Program-made: the position numbers and the translations under genes
Part shown: positions 53,920-64,000 of the stretch, piece by piece
Position numbering within the stretch: the stretch's first letter is position 1
How the letters are laid out: the number at the start of each line of letters is the position of its first letter
Notes under the pieces: generated by a model
Database searches by the model: none
What the model was told of the DNA's origin: nothing
What the model saw: only the letters and a program-made list of their open reading frames with translations
DNA from: Nitrospirota bacterium
GTDB lineage: Bacteria; Nitrospirota; Nitrospiria; Nitrospirales; NS-4
Direction of reading: 5' to 3'
Length of the DNA: 64,000 nucleotides
Assembly: GCA_963788195.1 (NCBI GenBank)
Contig: CAWBGA010000002.1
Location: forward strand, 192,001 to 256,000

Positions 53920-55400
53920 CGTTCGAACTTGATCTGTCGTTGTCGGACCTCATCCTGATGTTGCCGGAGATCTGGACGACAATCTGGATCTGCGTCGTGC
54001 TGTGCGTGAACTTCCTTTTTCCGCGTCTCACGACCCGTGATATTGCATGGATAAGCATCGGTGGCATGGCAGTGGCGTTCGGCATGTTGGTCTGGTTCGA
54101 AGTCGCAGGCACGCAGGGCGTGTTATTCAAAGGCATGTTTGTGCTCGACCGGTTGGCCCTGTTTTTTAAACTCTTCGTGACGGGCGCGGGCATCCTGGTG
54201 CTGTTGTCCTCGATCGATTTCGTCAGCCGGTTCAGATTCTTTAAGGCTGAGTATTACTTCCTCGTCATGATGACGGTGCTGGCAATGATGTTCATGGCCT
54301 CGGCCAACGACTTGCTGTCTGTATTCGTGACTCTGGAATTCGCCAGCTTTGGGTTTTATGTCCTCGTGCCGTACCTGCGCGAAGACCTGCGGTCCAGTGA
54401 GGCCGGCTTGAAATTCTTTATCCTGGGTGTCTTTGCCGCCGCGATGCTGGTTTTTGGCATCAGCCTCGTCTATGGCGAAACAGGACAGCTGATCTTCTCC
54501 GAGATGGCGAAGACGCCGGCGAAACTCACCACCGGCCTTGCGGTCGGGTGGTTGCTCATCATCGCGGCGTTGGGTTTTAAGATCGGCGCGGCGCCCTTCC
54601 ATACCTGGATTCCCGATACCTACCATGGCGCCCCGACGCCCGTGACTGCCTTCCTCTCGATCGCACCGAAGGGCGCGGCGTTCGCCATTCTGCTCCGTAT
54701 GCTCTTCTCAACCCTGCCGGGTTTCAAACCCGAGTGGGTCTGGTTGATGATCGGCACCGCGATCTTGTCGATGCTGTACGGCAACATTGTCGCGATCGCG
54801 CAACGGAACATCAAACGGTTGCTTGCGTATTCCGGAATCGCGCAGATCGGTACGATCTTGATCGGCATGGCAGCAGGGACGCGGATGGGAGCCGACTCCG
54901 TCCTCTTCTATCTCTTGACATATTTATTCGCAAATCTTGGAGCCTTCGCAGTCGTCATTGCTTTCAGCCAAACGACCAACAGCGACGAAATCGAAGACTA
55001 TAGCGGTCTGAATCGCCGCTCGCCCTTTCTTGCATTTTCGATGCTGGTCTTCTTACTGTCCCTGGCGGGCGTTCCACCGCTGGCGGGCTTTATCGGGAAA
55101 CTTTACGTGTTCGTCGCCGCCGTTCAAGAAGGGCTCTTCGTGTTGATCACGGTGGGCCTGGTCAGCATCGTCATCTCGATGTATTACTATCTCGTCGTCG
55201 TCAAGAAGATGTACATCAATGAACCGTTGGATCCCGCGCAGATTTTAGTTCCGGTCCCATTGAAAGCGGTCATTTACATCAGCCTCGCAGGAACATTTAT
55301 ACTTGGAGTCTGGCCGCAGCCCTTCATGAACTTCGCGGTCGCCGCCACCGACATCTTCTCCCACCTCGGTCCCACGCCCGTCGTCTCGATTCTGCCATAA
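53916..55400 (+). CDS. nuoN: Complex I subunit N
   Basis: EAGLKFF, FKIGAAPFHTWIPDTY, KRLLAYS, GVPPLAGF. Confidence 0.95.
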   Translation: MTFELDLSLSDLILMLPEIWTTIWICVVLCVNFLFPRLTTRDIAWISIGGMAVAFGMLVWFEVAGTQGVLFKGMFVLDRLALFFKLFVTGAGILVLLSSIDFVSRFRFFKAEYYFLVMMTVLAMMFMASANDLLSVFVTLEFASFGFYVLVPYLREDLRSSEAGLKFFILGVFAAAMLVFGISLVYGETGQLIFSEMAKTPAKLTTGLAVGWLLIIAALGFKIGAAPFHTWIPDTYHGAPTPVTAFLSIAPKGAAFAILLRMLFSTLPGFKPEWVWLMIGTAILSMLYGNIVAIAQRNIKRLLAYSGIAQIGTILIGMAAGTRMGADSVLFYLLTYLFANLGAFAVVIAFSQTTNSDEIEDYSGLNRRSPFLAFSMLVFLLSLAGVPPLAGFIGKLYVFVAAVQEGLFVLITVGLVSIVISMYYYLVVVKKMYINEPLDPAQILVPVPLKAVIYISLAGTFILGVWPQPFMNFAVAATDIFSHLGPTPVVSILP

Positions 55401-55402
55401 TT

Positions 55403-55600
55403 CTCACCTCTCCCCTTGAGGGAGAGGGAAGGGTGAGGGGTTCTTCACTCGGTCATCCTAAGCCCTTCGTTGTCATCCTGAACGAAGTGAAGGATCTCCC
55501 TCGCGCCATTCGGGGCACCCATTGCTCCTTCTCATGCAATGGGTCACTAGGAGAGGGCAGGAGGGGTTCTTCATACAGTCACCCTAAGCTGTCGAAGGAG
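55403..55600. repeat. Mosaic of several REP-like families after nuoN
   Basis: CCTCTCCC...GGGAGAGG, TGTCATCCTGAACGAAGTGAAGGATCT, ACCCATTGC...GCAATGGGT and GTCGAAGG motifs side by side. Confidence 0.75.
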
Positions 55601-55716
55601 CTTCTTCCTACGCTTAACTCGGGCGGGACGAGCTCTGCGTTGACTCTACTCAGCGTTTCAATTAGGATATATAAGCTAGTGCGGTATACTAGATATGCCA
55701 GTATGAGGAGGAGCGC

Positions 55717-56181
55717 ATGAAGATGACGTATACAGCCCGTGTGATTATAATCGCGACGGTTCTAGGCTTTGCCGGTACTATCAATATGTCGGCAGCGGCG
55801 GATGAACGTCCCAAGGCCAAAAAATTAACGAGGGAAGCCTATACCCCAAGCACCCAGCCGGGGGGCGGCATTAAGAGCATACGGGCTTCGGGCGCCGATA
55901 AGGTCGCGAAGTCGCAGAGTTGCGCCGGGGTGACCCCCAAGATCAAGAATGTCACTCCGGGTGAAGGCAGGACGGGCGATACGGTGACGATCACGGGAGT
56001 CAACTTTGGCAATTCAGGCTGTGTGAGCGGCGTGTCGTTTGGGCCGGGCAGTCCTGCGAAATTTACTCAGCGTGATGATAAGACAGTGACCGCTACCGTG
56101 CCCGAGGGCAATAAAGGCCTTGAAATGCTCACTCTCACCGGCTTTACCGGGGAAGACTCCAAAATCTTCTTGCGCAAGTAG
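55717..56181 (+). CDS. Secreted IPT/TIG domain protein
   Basis: GAGGAG RBS, signal peptide, PKIKNVTP..G..GDTVTITGVNF. Confidence 0.82.
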   Translation: MKMTYTARVIIIATVLGFAGTINMSAAADERPKAKKLTREAYTPSTQPGGGIKSIRASGADKVAKSQSCAGVTPKIKNVTPGEGRTGDTVTITGVNFGNSGCVSGVSFGPGSPAKFTQRDDKTVTATVPEGNKGLEMLTLTGFTGEDSKIFLRK

Positions 56182-56305
56182 CCGGTCGTTCTGGAAACGC
56201 GTCTGCGCCGTCCAGTAGAGGACGGCGCAGCACCTCGTTTCTGCCCTGCCAGGTTTTTCACGTATAATGTTTCAGTTGCCGCCAGTTTCTTGAGGAAGAC
56301 GCCGA

Positions 56306-57493
56306 GTGCCTAGGAAGCATGACCCCCCGCAATATATTCGGGACGTGGCTGGCCTGAATGAATTGTCAGAGCGGCTCCGGAACGTTGATCGGCTGGCGCT
56401 CGATACGGAGTTCATGGGCGAGGAGACGTTCGCGCCGCGACTCGAGATCATCCAGATCGCGACCGATGATGTCATCGCGATTATCGATCGCCGCGCTATG
56501 TCAGGCCTTGGGAGCTTCCTGGAACTGCTGACAGACGCGCGGATCTTAAAGATCGTGCACGCGGGTCGTCAGGACCTCGAAATTTTTTCGGCCGAGGGCG
56601 GGGGCGCGCTGGGGCCGGTTTTCGACACACAGGTGGCTGCCGCAATGGTGGGGTACGGGACTCAGATTGGATACGCCCAACTCGTCCAACAAGTCGTGGG
56701 AGTATCCCTGGAAAAAACGGAGACCTTCACGAACTGGGCGCAACGCCCGCTCACTGCCCAGCAGGTGGATTACGCCCTTGAAGACGTCCGTTACCTGTTC
56801 GAGATTCATGACCACCTGCGCGAGCGCTTGACGGCTCTCGGGCGAGTGGAATGGGCCGAGGAAGAGTTCCGCCGGCTACAGGCCGCTTCCGGTGAAGAAG
56901 CGCGTGCTCCGCAGTTGCGCTATCAGCGAATCCGTGGATGGGAAGGCCTCAGGCCCCGCGCGCGGGGAGTCCTGCGCGAACTGGCGGTCTGGCGAGAACA
57001 TGAAGCTCAAAAACGGGACCGGCCCCGGGGAAGAGTCTTGCGTGACGACATTCTGCTTGAAATCGCCCGGCGGGGACCGACAAGCCTCGAAGGACTTCGT
57101 AATCTACGGGGAGTGCAGCCCTCACAGGTGGACAAATACGGCGAGGCGTTGGTCACCGCGATCCACCGTGGCTTGTCCGTGCCGGAACGCGACCTGCCGC
57201 TCGCCGAAAAGCGAAAGCGCATGGATCCTGAGTCCGCAGGACTCGCCGATCTCCTCGTGACGGCCTTGAAGGTTCGCGCCGTGGAAGCGTCGATCTCACC
57301 TCAACTTCTCGCCTCTTCTGCGGAACTGGAAGTTTTCGCACTTGAGCGCGGGCGAGGCGAGGCGGAGAAGCTGCCCATTCTTCAAGGTTGGCGGCGCGCG
57401 CTGGCGGGGGAGCATTTGCTCCAGGTCATGGACGGAAAACTTACCGTCGGTTACGATCCCCAGACTGGGCAAGTGAAATTGTTCGAACGATAG
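56306..57493 (+). CDS. rnd: Ribonuclease D
   Basis: LALDTEF, HAGRQD, FDTQVAA, RPLT..Q..YALEDV, HRDC domain, GWR. Confidence 0.92.
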   Translation: MPRKHDPPQYIRDVAGLNELSERLRNVDRLALDTEFMGEETFAPRLEIIQIATDDVIAIIDRRAMSGLGSFLELLTDARILKIVHAGRQDLEIFSAEGGGALGPVFDTQVAAAMVGYGTQIGYAQLVQQVVGVSLEKTETFTNWAQRPLTAQQVDYALEDVRYLFEIHDHLRERLTALGRVEWAEEEFRRLQAASGEEARAPQLRYQRIRGWEGLRPRARGVLRELAVWREHEAQKRDRPRGRVLRDDILLEIARRGPTSLEGLRNLRGVQPSQVDKYGEALVTAIHRGLSVPERDLPLAEKRKRMDPESAGLADLLVTALKVRAVEASISPQLLASSAELEVFALERGRGEAEKLPILQGWRRALAGEHLLQVMDGKLTVGYDPQTGQVKLFER

Positions 57494-57758
57494 TCCCGCC
57501 CCTTCGTGCTGAGCCCTTCGATAAAGTCGCCGTTCGTCCGGGGTACCCGTTGCTCTTTCCTTGCAACGGGTCAATTGTCGAAGGAGACGGCTTCTTTCCT
57601 CAGGACAGGCTTGTCGAAGCACTCACCGCTCTTGCTGAGGCGAGAAGTCTAGTAGAATCGTCCTCGAATGAGATTCTTCGCTGCGCTCAGAATGACATGA
57701 TAGGACTTCGACGGCAGGGCTAAATTGGCTGTTTAAGCGACAAAGGCAAGAGATGCGA

Positions 57759-58407
57759 TTAGCGTGCCTTGCGGGTAATCATAAATACGCCGTCACGAAG
57801 TGGGAGCAGCACGGCGAGAACGAGCGGATCGGACGCCACGAACCGGTTCAACTCTTGAATGGCGGCCGTCGACGGGTCCGGCGAGCTCTCATTGAGAACA
57901 TCCCCGCTCCAGAGGACATTATCGATCAGGATGACTCCCCGCGGTGACAGCAGCTCGAGCCCGCGCCGGTAATAACCGACATAGTTGATCTTATCCGCAT
58001 CAATAAAAATCAAGTCAAATGAACCGGCGAGGGTGGTGAGGGTGTTGAGCGCGGGACCGATTCGAACTTCAATTTTTTTGCCGTGTGGGCTGCGATCCCA
58101 AAAGGTGTGGGCCATCGAGGCGGTATCGGGATCGATTTCACATGTAATGACTTGTCCGTCATCCGGGAGCGCTTCTGCCATCGCGAGGGCGCTGTAGCCG
58201 GTGAATGTTCCGATCTCGAGTACCCGTTGCGCGCCAATGGCCTGGATCAGAGTCTTTAGAAATGCGGCCTCCAAAGGGCCCACCAACATTTGCGGAGCCT
58301 CCTGCGTCCGAAAGGTCTCCTCGCGGATCAACCGGCAGATCGTGGATTCAGGGACTTGAAAGGGCCGCAGCGTAGGATTCGATTTCTTCGGGGACGATGG
58401 GCTTCAT
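57759..58407 (-). CDS. Caffeoyl-CoA-type O-methyltransferase, frameshift near start
   Basis: LEIGTFTGYS, FDLIFIDADK, DNVLWSG, RDG. Confidence 0.9.
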
Positions 58408-58418
58408 CTAGTCAACGC

Positions 58419-58958
58419 TCAAGACGATCGCTTCGCCTGCGCTTTGGGGGTGATCACCATGACCCCGTCCCGTACGGGGGCCAGCTGAGCGTCCAGTCTG
58501 GAATCAGACGCGAGCTCCCGGGCAAGCTCGAAAATCGCGACGGCCGATTCGTTGCTCTCATGGCCCCCGCCGCTGAGGACCAATTCGCTCGCGCGCATAT
58601 TGTCTATCAAGAGAACACCGGACGGTCCCAGCAGCTCCATGGCGAGGTGGAAGTAATGAACGTAGTTCTTCGTATCGGCATCGATGAAGATGAGATCGAA
58701 GGGCCCCGCTAAATGACGCAGCGTTTCCAGTGCGGGGCCCGTCCGAATGTCAACCTTGTGTCCATGAGGATGACGGCCGGCTCGCTTCCGAGCGAGCCCG
58801 GCCAGGCCGGAATTGATCTCGCAGGTGATCAGCTCTCCATCATCGGGCAGGCATTCAGCCATGGCAAGCGCGCTTGTGCCGTCGAAGGTGCCGAGCTCTA
58901 GAATCCTTCGCGCATTGACTTGTTGCACCATTCGCTTGAGAAAGATGACCTCTTTCAT
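58419..58958 (-). CDS. Second O-methyltransferase paralog, N-terminally short
   Basis: LELGTFDGTS, FDLIFIDAD, VRDG. Confidence 0.8.
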   Translation of the reverse strand: MKEVIFLKRMVQQVNARRILELGTFDGTSALAMAECLPDDGELITCEINSGLAGLARKRAGRHPHGHKVDIRTGPALETLRHLAGPFDLIFIDADTKNYVHYFHLAMELLGPSGVLLIDNMRASELVLSGGGHESNESAVAIFELARELASDSRLDAQLAPVRDGVMVITPKAQAKRSS

Positions 58959-59078
58959 TGTGTGATACTGTCGTTATGCAGTTTTGGGCGCCACGTCCCA
59001 GACGCTTGTAGCATGCCCGGCGCTGACTCGCAACAAACTCTTCCGATGGATAGCTAGTTTAGAAAAGACTAATGGGTC

Positions 59079-60498
59079 TTATCGAGTCGGCGGAGAGGTA
59101 GGGGAGAAGGAGTCTGTCCGGGGAGACTCCAGGGCTGGGCAGATGCAATGGGTCACGGGATCTTCAATGGAAACGGAGGACAAGCGGGCAAGGGGGAGGC
59201 GTAACGTGACCGTTGTTCCGTGGCCCTCGCCTTGGCTGCTCACTCTAAAGGTTCCCCCCATCAGCTCGATGAGTGCGCGAGAGATGGCCAGGCCCAGCCC
59301 GGTTCCGCCGGAGCGTCGCGTGCTTTCTCCGTCAACCTGCACAAAGGCCTTCCCCAGGCGTTCGAGCTGCTTGCCGGAGATGCCGATGCCCGTGTCCACG
59401 ATGCTGATCTGACACCACTCGCCGTCGCCGGCGCCGGTTGCGCTGACGCGTACGCTCCCGGCCGGAGTGAACTTGATCGCATTACCAATGAGATTCACCA
59501 GAACCTGCTTGAGTCGCCGAGGATCGCCTCTCACGTCAACGTCTTCGCCCTCCGCGGTCTGGAGTGAGAGCTTTAACCCTTTCTGGATCGCCTGCACATC
59601 CATAAGCACGCGCGCTTCCTCAAAGACAGTCGCCAACCGCACCGGCTTGTTTTCTACGGCCATCTTTCCGGCTTCGATCTTGGCAATGTCCAGAAGGTCA
59701 TTGATCAGGGTAAGTAAATGTTGAGCGCTGTCGAGAGCATGCTGCACGAACTCGTTGTGCTCCTCCTTGCTATTGTATAGATCATCCTTGATCAGATGGA
59801 GAAAGCCGATAATCGAATTCAGCGGTGTCCGCAACTCATGGCTGGTGTTCGTGAGAAAATTGCTCTTGAGCCTGGTCATCTCCAGAATTCCTTCGTTCAT
59901 CTGTTCGAGAGAGCGAAGCGAAGCTTCAAGGTCCTGCGTCCGCTGCTGTACCTGAAATTCCAGGTTTTGGTTCTGGGTCTCGAGCTTACGGAACAGCCGG
60001 TGATTCTCAATGAGAAAGGAGAACTGACTACCCAGGATCGACAGAATTTTGAGCTGCTCGATGCTAATCTCACCATGCAGCCGATCGCGGAGGATCAAGC
60101 AGATTCCGATAATACTGCGGGTCGTAAGGAGCGGCACGATAGTCACTTGTAAATGAGGGTTGACCGTGGAGGCGTCCACGACTGCCGGTCGGCCGGATTT
60201 CAGGGTCCACGCCACTAGCCCTTCGCGGATCTGTTCAGCGCCGACTTCCTTTAACTCCATTTCCCACTCGGGGTTATTGACCGCCTGCATCTGCATTTCG
60301 AGTGTGTCCTGCTGGACCACATATAAAGCGGAGTGAGCCATGGGTAGGAGGTGATCAATCTCGGTCGAGCAACGATTTGTGAAGGGTCTGTTCACGTGAG
60401 GTCTCGCCGGGGCCGCTTGCGTGGTTGCTGAAACAATCGGGAAACGCGTCGAGGCGCTCGAACCACCATTGAATAGAAGCCGGATAGTTTTTCGTCAT
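59079..60498 (-). CDS. GAF-like sensor histidine kinase, frameshift near 60355
   Basis: SHELRTPL (H box), NLIGNAIKFT, DTGIG, GGTGLGL. Confidence 0.9.
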
Positions 60499-60508
60499 CG
60501 CTCCGAGA

Positions 60509-61379
60509 CTACCGTTCTAAAAATGCGACTGCGTCGTCAAAATGCTCCCCGATGCGTTGCAATACTTGTTCGAGGTCGCCGATCGTTAAGCCCCAAACTG
60601 GCCCATGTGGCATGATCGAGCATCGGGATCTTGTTGTCGCCGCCTGAGCCGAGCCCCTTCGCCCGGCTGAGAATATCCGCAAGATGAATGACCCCGGCAT
60701 CGCGCTGATACTCGCGCGCCTCCGCGGGTTGATGATGAAAGCGTACCATCGCCACGACCTTGGGAGGGAGATTCCACTGAGCCAGCAGCAGGCCACCTGT
60801 TTGATCATGGGTGAAGTGCATGACTTCCTGCTCTGCTTCCCGCAACAGAATGTCATTGCTGAGCGCCAGGTTGCACGCCTGCTGGAATGGATCCCCGAAG
60901 TATTCCTCATGCACCAGCTTGCCGATGTCGTGGATCAATCCGCCGACGAAAAACTCCTCTACCTGTTTTTCGCCGAGATGCCGTGCGAGTTCTTTCGCCG
61001 CAAGAGCCGTCCCCACCGAATGTTTCCAAAATTCGGCAGGCCGAAAGATGTTCGTGCCTTGAGAGCGGAACAGGTTGACCACGGAACTGGAAAAGATCAG
61101 GTTGCGCAGCGCTTCAAAGCCGATGATTCCTACCGCGCGCGATATCGTCGTGACTTTTTGAGGAAATCCGTAGAATGGAGAATTCACCAGTCGAAGCAGT
61201 TTGCCGGTCAGGACCTGGTCCTTGGCGATGACGACCTCGATGTCCTTGGCCGATGTCTCAGGTTGGCTCACAAGTTCGTTGATCTTGTTTACCACCATCG
61301 GCAAGGTGGGAAAACTGCGGACCTTCGACAGGACGCCTTCCCAGGCGGTTTCCATCTCCGGGCTGCTGGTCGAGCTCAT
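60509..61379 (-). CDS. HDOD domain protein, frameshift near 3' end
   Basis: PTLP, DQVLTGKLLRLVNS, FWKHS, GLIHDIG, HH. Confidence 0.9.
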
Positions 61380-61705
61380 TTTGAGGTCTCCAAGAGCTGC
61401 TTCTTCACAATCGTAAGGATTTCCCTCATCATGACATCATCCTTCACCTTACTAAACCGATTGTCGATCGCGAGGTTCGCCGCGGCCAATGCAGGGATTA
61501 GGCTCAGACGCATGTCGACATCCTCAAGGGTCGGCTCTGAGCATCCCTCTGTGTCGACTTCAGAGACGCCCCATGCCCTCATCAGTTCGATATTCTTGTC
61601 ACACAGGATGGTCCCGCTCGGAAGCAATAGCTGCTTGCGAAAGGTATAGGCATCCTTGGCCAAGAGCATGCCGGGCTGCACATGATCGATGCTCAATCGT
61701 CCCAT
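61376..61705 (-). CDS. Small protein coupled to the HDOD gene
   Basis: VQPGMLLAKD...LLPSGTIL; ATGA overlap with HDOD start. Confidence 0.75.
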   Translation of the reverse strand: MGRLSIDHVQPGMLLAKDAYTFRKQLLLPSGTILCDKNIELMRAWGVSEVDTEGCSEPTLEDVDMRLSLIPALAAANLAIDNRFSKVKDDVMMREILTIVKKQLLETSK

Positions 61706-61748
61706 AGTAATGGCTTACCGTCCGCTTTCGACGGTTCTCCTCGACTCC

Positions 61749-61777
61749 TTATCGGCGCGTCGGGGACGGAGCTTGAG
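61749..61777 (-). promoter_or_regulatory. Putative sigma28 (FliA) promoter
   Basis: TCAAG-N15-GCCGATAA; perfect -10 element about 45 bp before the ATG. Confidence 0.7.
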
Positions 61778-61902
61778 GTCGTAAGGGCGGCAAGATCTTG
61801 ACAAATGGCCGCCAAGAGACTAAATAAATACCTAGAATATTCTGTGCATAAGCAAATTCTGTTCCCCCACCGTCCAAGGGCCCATTGCCATAGGAAACGA
61901 GC

Positions 61903-63330
61903 ATGAGTGAGTTCGACCCTGACCGCTCCATCCTGGTTGTCGACGACGAGGAAGCCATTCGCTCTAGCCTGTGTCGCATTTTGCAGCGAGAGAATTATCA
62001 TGTCGATGTGGCGCCCAACCCGCGGGAAGCGCTGGAGCGGCTCCAAGTCAGCCAGTATGGCCTGGTCCTGACCGACGTCAAAATGGCCGGCGGGAATGGT
62101 CTCGATCTGGTCCAGACGATCAAACAGGTCTCCCCTAAAAGCATCAGCATTGTGATGACGGGCTTCGGAACGATTGAAATGGCGGTGCAGGCAATGCGCG
62201 TGGGAGCCTTCGATTTTATTACGAAGCCGTATGAGATCGAACGCGTGATGGTGGCCGTGAAGAATGGATTTGAGTGTCGGAGGCTCAAGGTCGAGAACGA
62301 GAACCTACGAAAGGCCGTGCGGCGTCAATATCGTGCCGACAACCTGATGGGAAGCAGTCCCGCGATCCTCGAAGTCCAGCGCCTCATCGGCAAAGTTGCG
62401 AATACCGACAGCACGGTACTGATCTTGGGCGAGAGCGGCAGCGGCAAAGAACTTGTAGCCTGCGCGCTGCATTACCAAAATCTCACGCGAACCGGCCCAT
62501 TCGTGCCGGTCAACTGCGGCGCCATCCCGGAAAACCTCTTGGAAAGCGAACTATTTGGCCATGAGCGCGGCGCGTTCACGGGGGCCATCGCGACCCGACC
62601 CGGGCGATTTGAGCTCGCGCATAAGGGAACGCTTTTCCTCGATGAGGTCGGCGAATTGACCCCGGCATTGCAGGTCAAGTTGCTTCGCGTGTTGCAGGAG
62701 CGGTCGTTTGAGCGGGTCGGCGGGACGAAGACCATTTCCGTGGATGTCCGGGTCATTGCCGCCACCAATCGGGATTTGGAACAGGCGGTTGAAGACCGTC
62801 GGTTTCGTGAGGATCTGTATTATCGCCTGAACGTGATCCCGATCGTCGTACCGCCGCTCAGGGCGCGGCTGGAAGACATTCCTCTCTTGGCGCAATTCTT
62901 CCTCGATCGCGTCAACCGCGACAAGCGCACCGACATCGCCGGCATCGCCCCTGCAGTCATGGAAGCCCTTACGCGCTATAAATGGCCCGGCAATGTCCGT
63001 GAGTTAGAAAATCTGATTGAACGGCTGGCAGTCCTGAAGAAGGCAGGGACGATCGAAATCGAAGATCTCCCGGCCAGAGTCCTGTCGCCTAAAGATACGG
63101 TCTTGCCGGAACAGGAGATACTTTTTCCTCCGGAGGGAGTTGACCTTCCCGGCATTCTTGACGAGTTCGAGCGTCAGCTTATCTCCAAGGCCCTTGATTT
63201 GAGCAACGGCGTCAAAAGCCGCGCGGCCCAGTTGCTCGGCCTGAATCGGACGACCCTGGTTGAAAAGATGAAGAAGAAAGCGATGATGGCCTCCAAGCCG
63301 GTTGAAGTTTTCCGCCTGTCTGATCATTGA
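61903..63330 (+). CDS. Sigma54-dependent response regulator (REC-AAA+-HTH)
   Basis: ILVVDDE, GESGSGKE, GAFTGA, WPGNVREL, Fis-type HTH LNRTTLVEK. Confidence 0.93.
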   Translation: MSEFDPDRSILVVDDEEAIRSSLCRILQRENYHVDVAPNPREALERLQVSQYGLVLTDVKMAGGNGLDLVQTIKQVSPKSISIVMTGFGTIEMAVQAMRVGAFDFITKPYEIERVMVAVKNGFECRRLKVENENLRKAVRRQYRADNLMGSSPAILEVQRLIGKVANTDSTVLILGESGSGKELVACALHYQNLTRTGPFVPVNCGAIPENLLESELFGHERGAFTGAIATRPGRFELAHKGTLFLDEVGELTPALQVKLLRVLQERSFERVGGTKTISVDVRVIAATNRDLEQAVEDRRFREDLYYRLNVIPIVVPPLRARLEDIPLLAQFFLDRVNRDKRTDIAGIAPAVMEALTRYKWPGNVRELENLIERLAVLKKAGTIEIEDLPARVLSPKDTVLPEQEILFPPEGVDLPGILDEFERQLISKALDLSNGVKSRAAQLLGLNRTTLVEKMKKKAMMASKPVEVFRLSDH

Positions 63331-63480
63331 CTTCGCCGTCAAAGTTCTAGCTGTTTGACCTCCTGATACAGTCTAGTTAAAATACCTTACGCTATATATA
63401 GTAGTCGCCTGCTCCCGGCCCCCCAACGCGTGAACGGTCCACTTATTGCGTTTTCCTTGACATGTATGGTGTGTAACCAC

Positions 63481-64000
63481 ATGAAAAGCGCGTTTTCTGC
63501 CCTGCGACGAAGCGGACCACTGGTCAGAAGGAGGCGCGGTTGTAACCCTTTGCTTTTTGGGAATATTTGGCGTCTTCACATCGGCCGGCTGGAGCGCCGT
63601 CACTCACAGCGCATCTCGCGCGGAAGCCCAGGCTTCTCATTGGCTGGAGCGCGCCCTTCCGGAAACGGGATTGGGCGCTGACGAGCTGCGCGAGGGAATC
63701 CAAAAGTTTGAAGAGCAAGATTTTCAGGCCGCGCTGAGAAGCTTCATCGAAGCTCGACGGCTGGGAGTAGGGACCCGGGTGGAGGAGGCCGCACTATTTC
63801 TCGCGGCGGAATGCCGCGCTCGCAGCGCTGTGGGCCCGCAAGATCTCCGCGCAGTCATCCTTGCGCTGGACGAAAGCCGAAGACGCTATCCCCACAGCCT
63901 CACTGCTCGATGGGCCCTGTGGCGGATCGGCAGCATTTATCTGCGTCAAGGATTCGAAGACGAAGCGGTGGCGAGGTATGAGCAACTTTTGCGCGAGGAT
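63481..64000 (+). CDS. Secreted TPR protein, 5' part, runs off the window
   Basis: Own translation VVTLCFLGIFG...RRYPHSLTARWALWRIGSIYLRQGFEDEAVARYEQLL; start uncertain (probable indel). Confidence 0.6.

Overview
Bacterial chromosomal window, probably Nitrospirota. That call is inferred from the 2M-type nuo cluster, the ilv-psd-pssA-leuA order, a small CxxC-GLMV...WRCxxCG Zn-ribbon ORF and the intergenic repeat style. Core blocks are hisF-hisIE-hinT, dnaG-rpoD-tRNA(CAT)-Zn-ribbon gene-rnhC-rnpB, ilvD-ilvB-ilvN-ilvC-psd-pssA-leuA, nuoA-B-C-D-G-I-J-K-L-M-M-N (no E/F/H), rnd, and a sigma28/sigma54 signalling block. Accessory DNA lies at about 7.7-22.4 kb, plus a TIR-NB-ARC-WD40 gene at 32.5-36.4 kb. 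Many essential genes carry single-base frameshifts, which are most likely long-read assembly errors. Highlights: (1) a truncated IS110 whose upstream non-coding end reads as an IS621-like bridge RNA, with guides matching a REP-like repeat family of this genome and the element inserted exactly at the predicted CT core of such a repeat; (2) an Apaf-1-like TIR-NLR with 7+8 WD40 blades; (3) a nested, covarying G-rich hairpin repeat family; (4) a PriA lacking its ATPase motifs; (5) a 2M complex I. Family assignments come from motif recognition only; no database searches were run.
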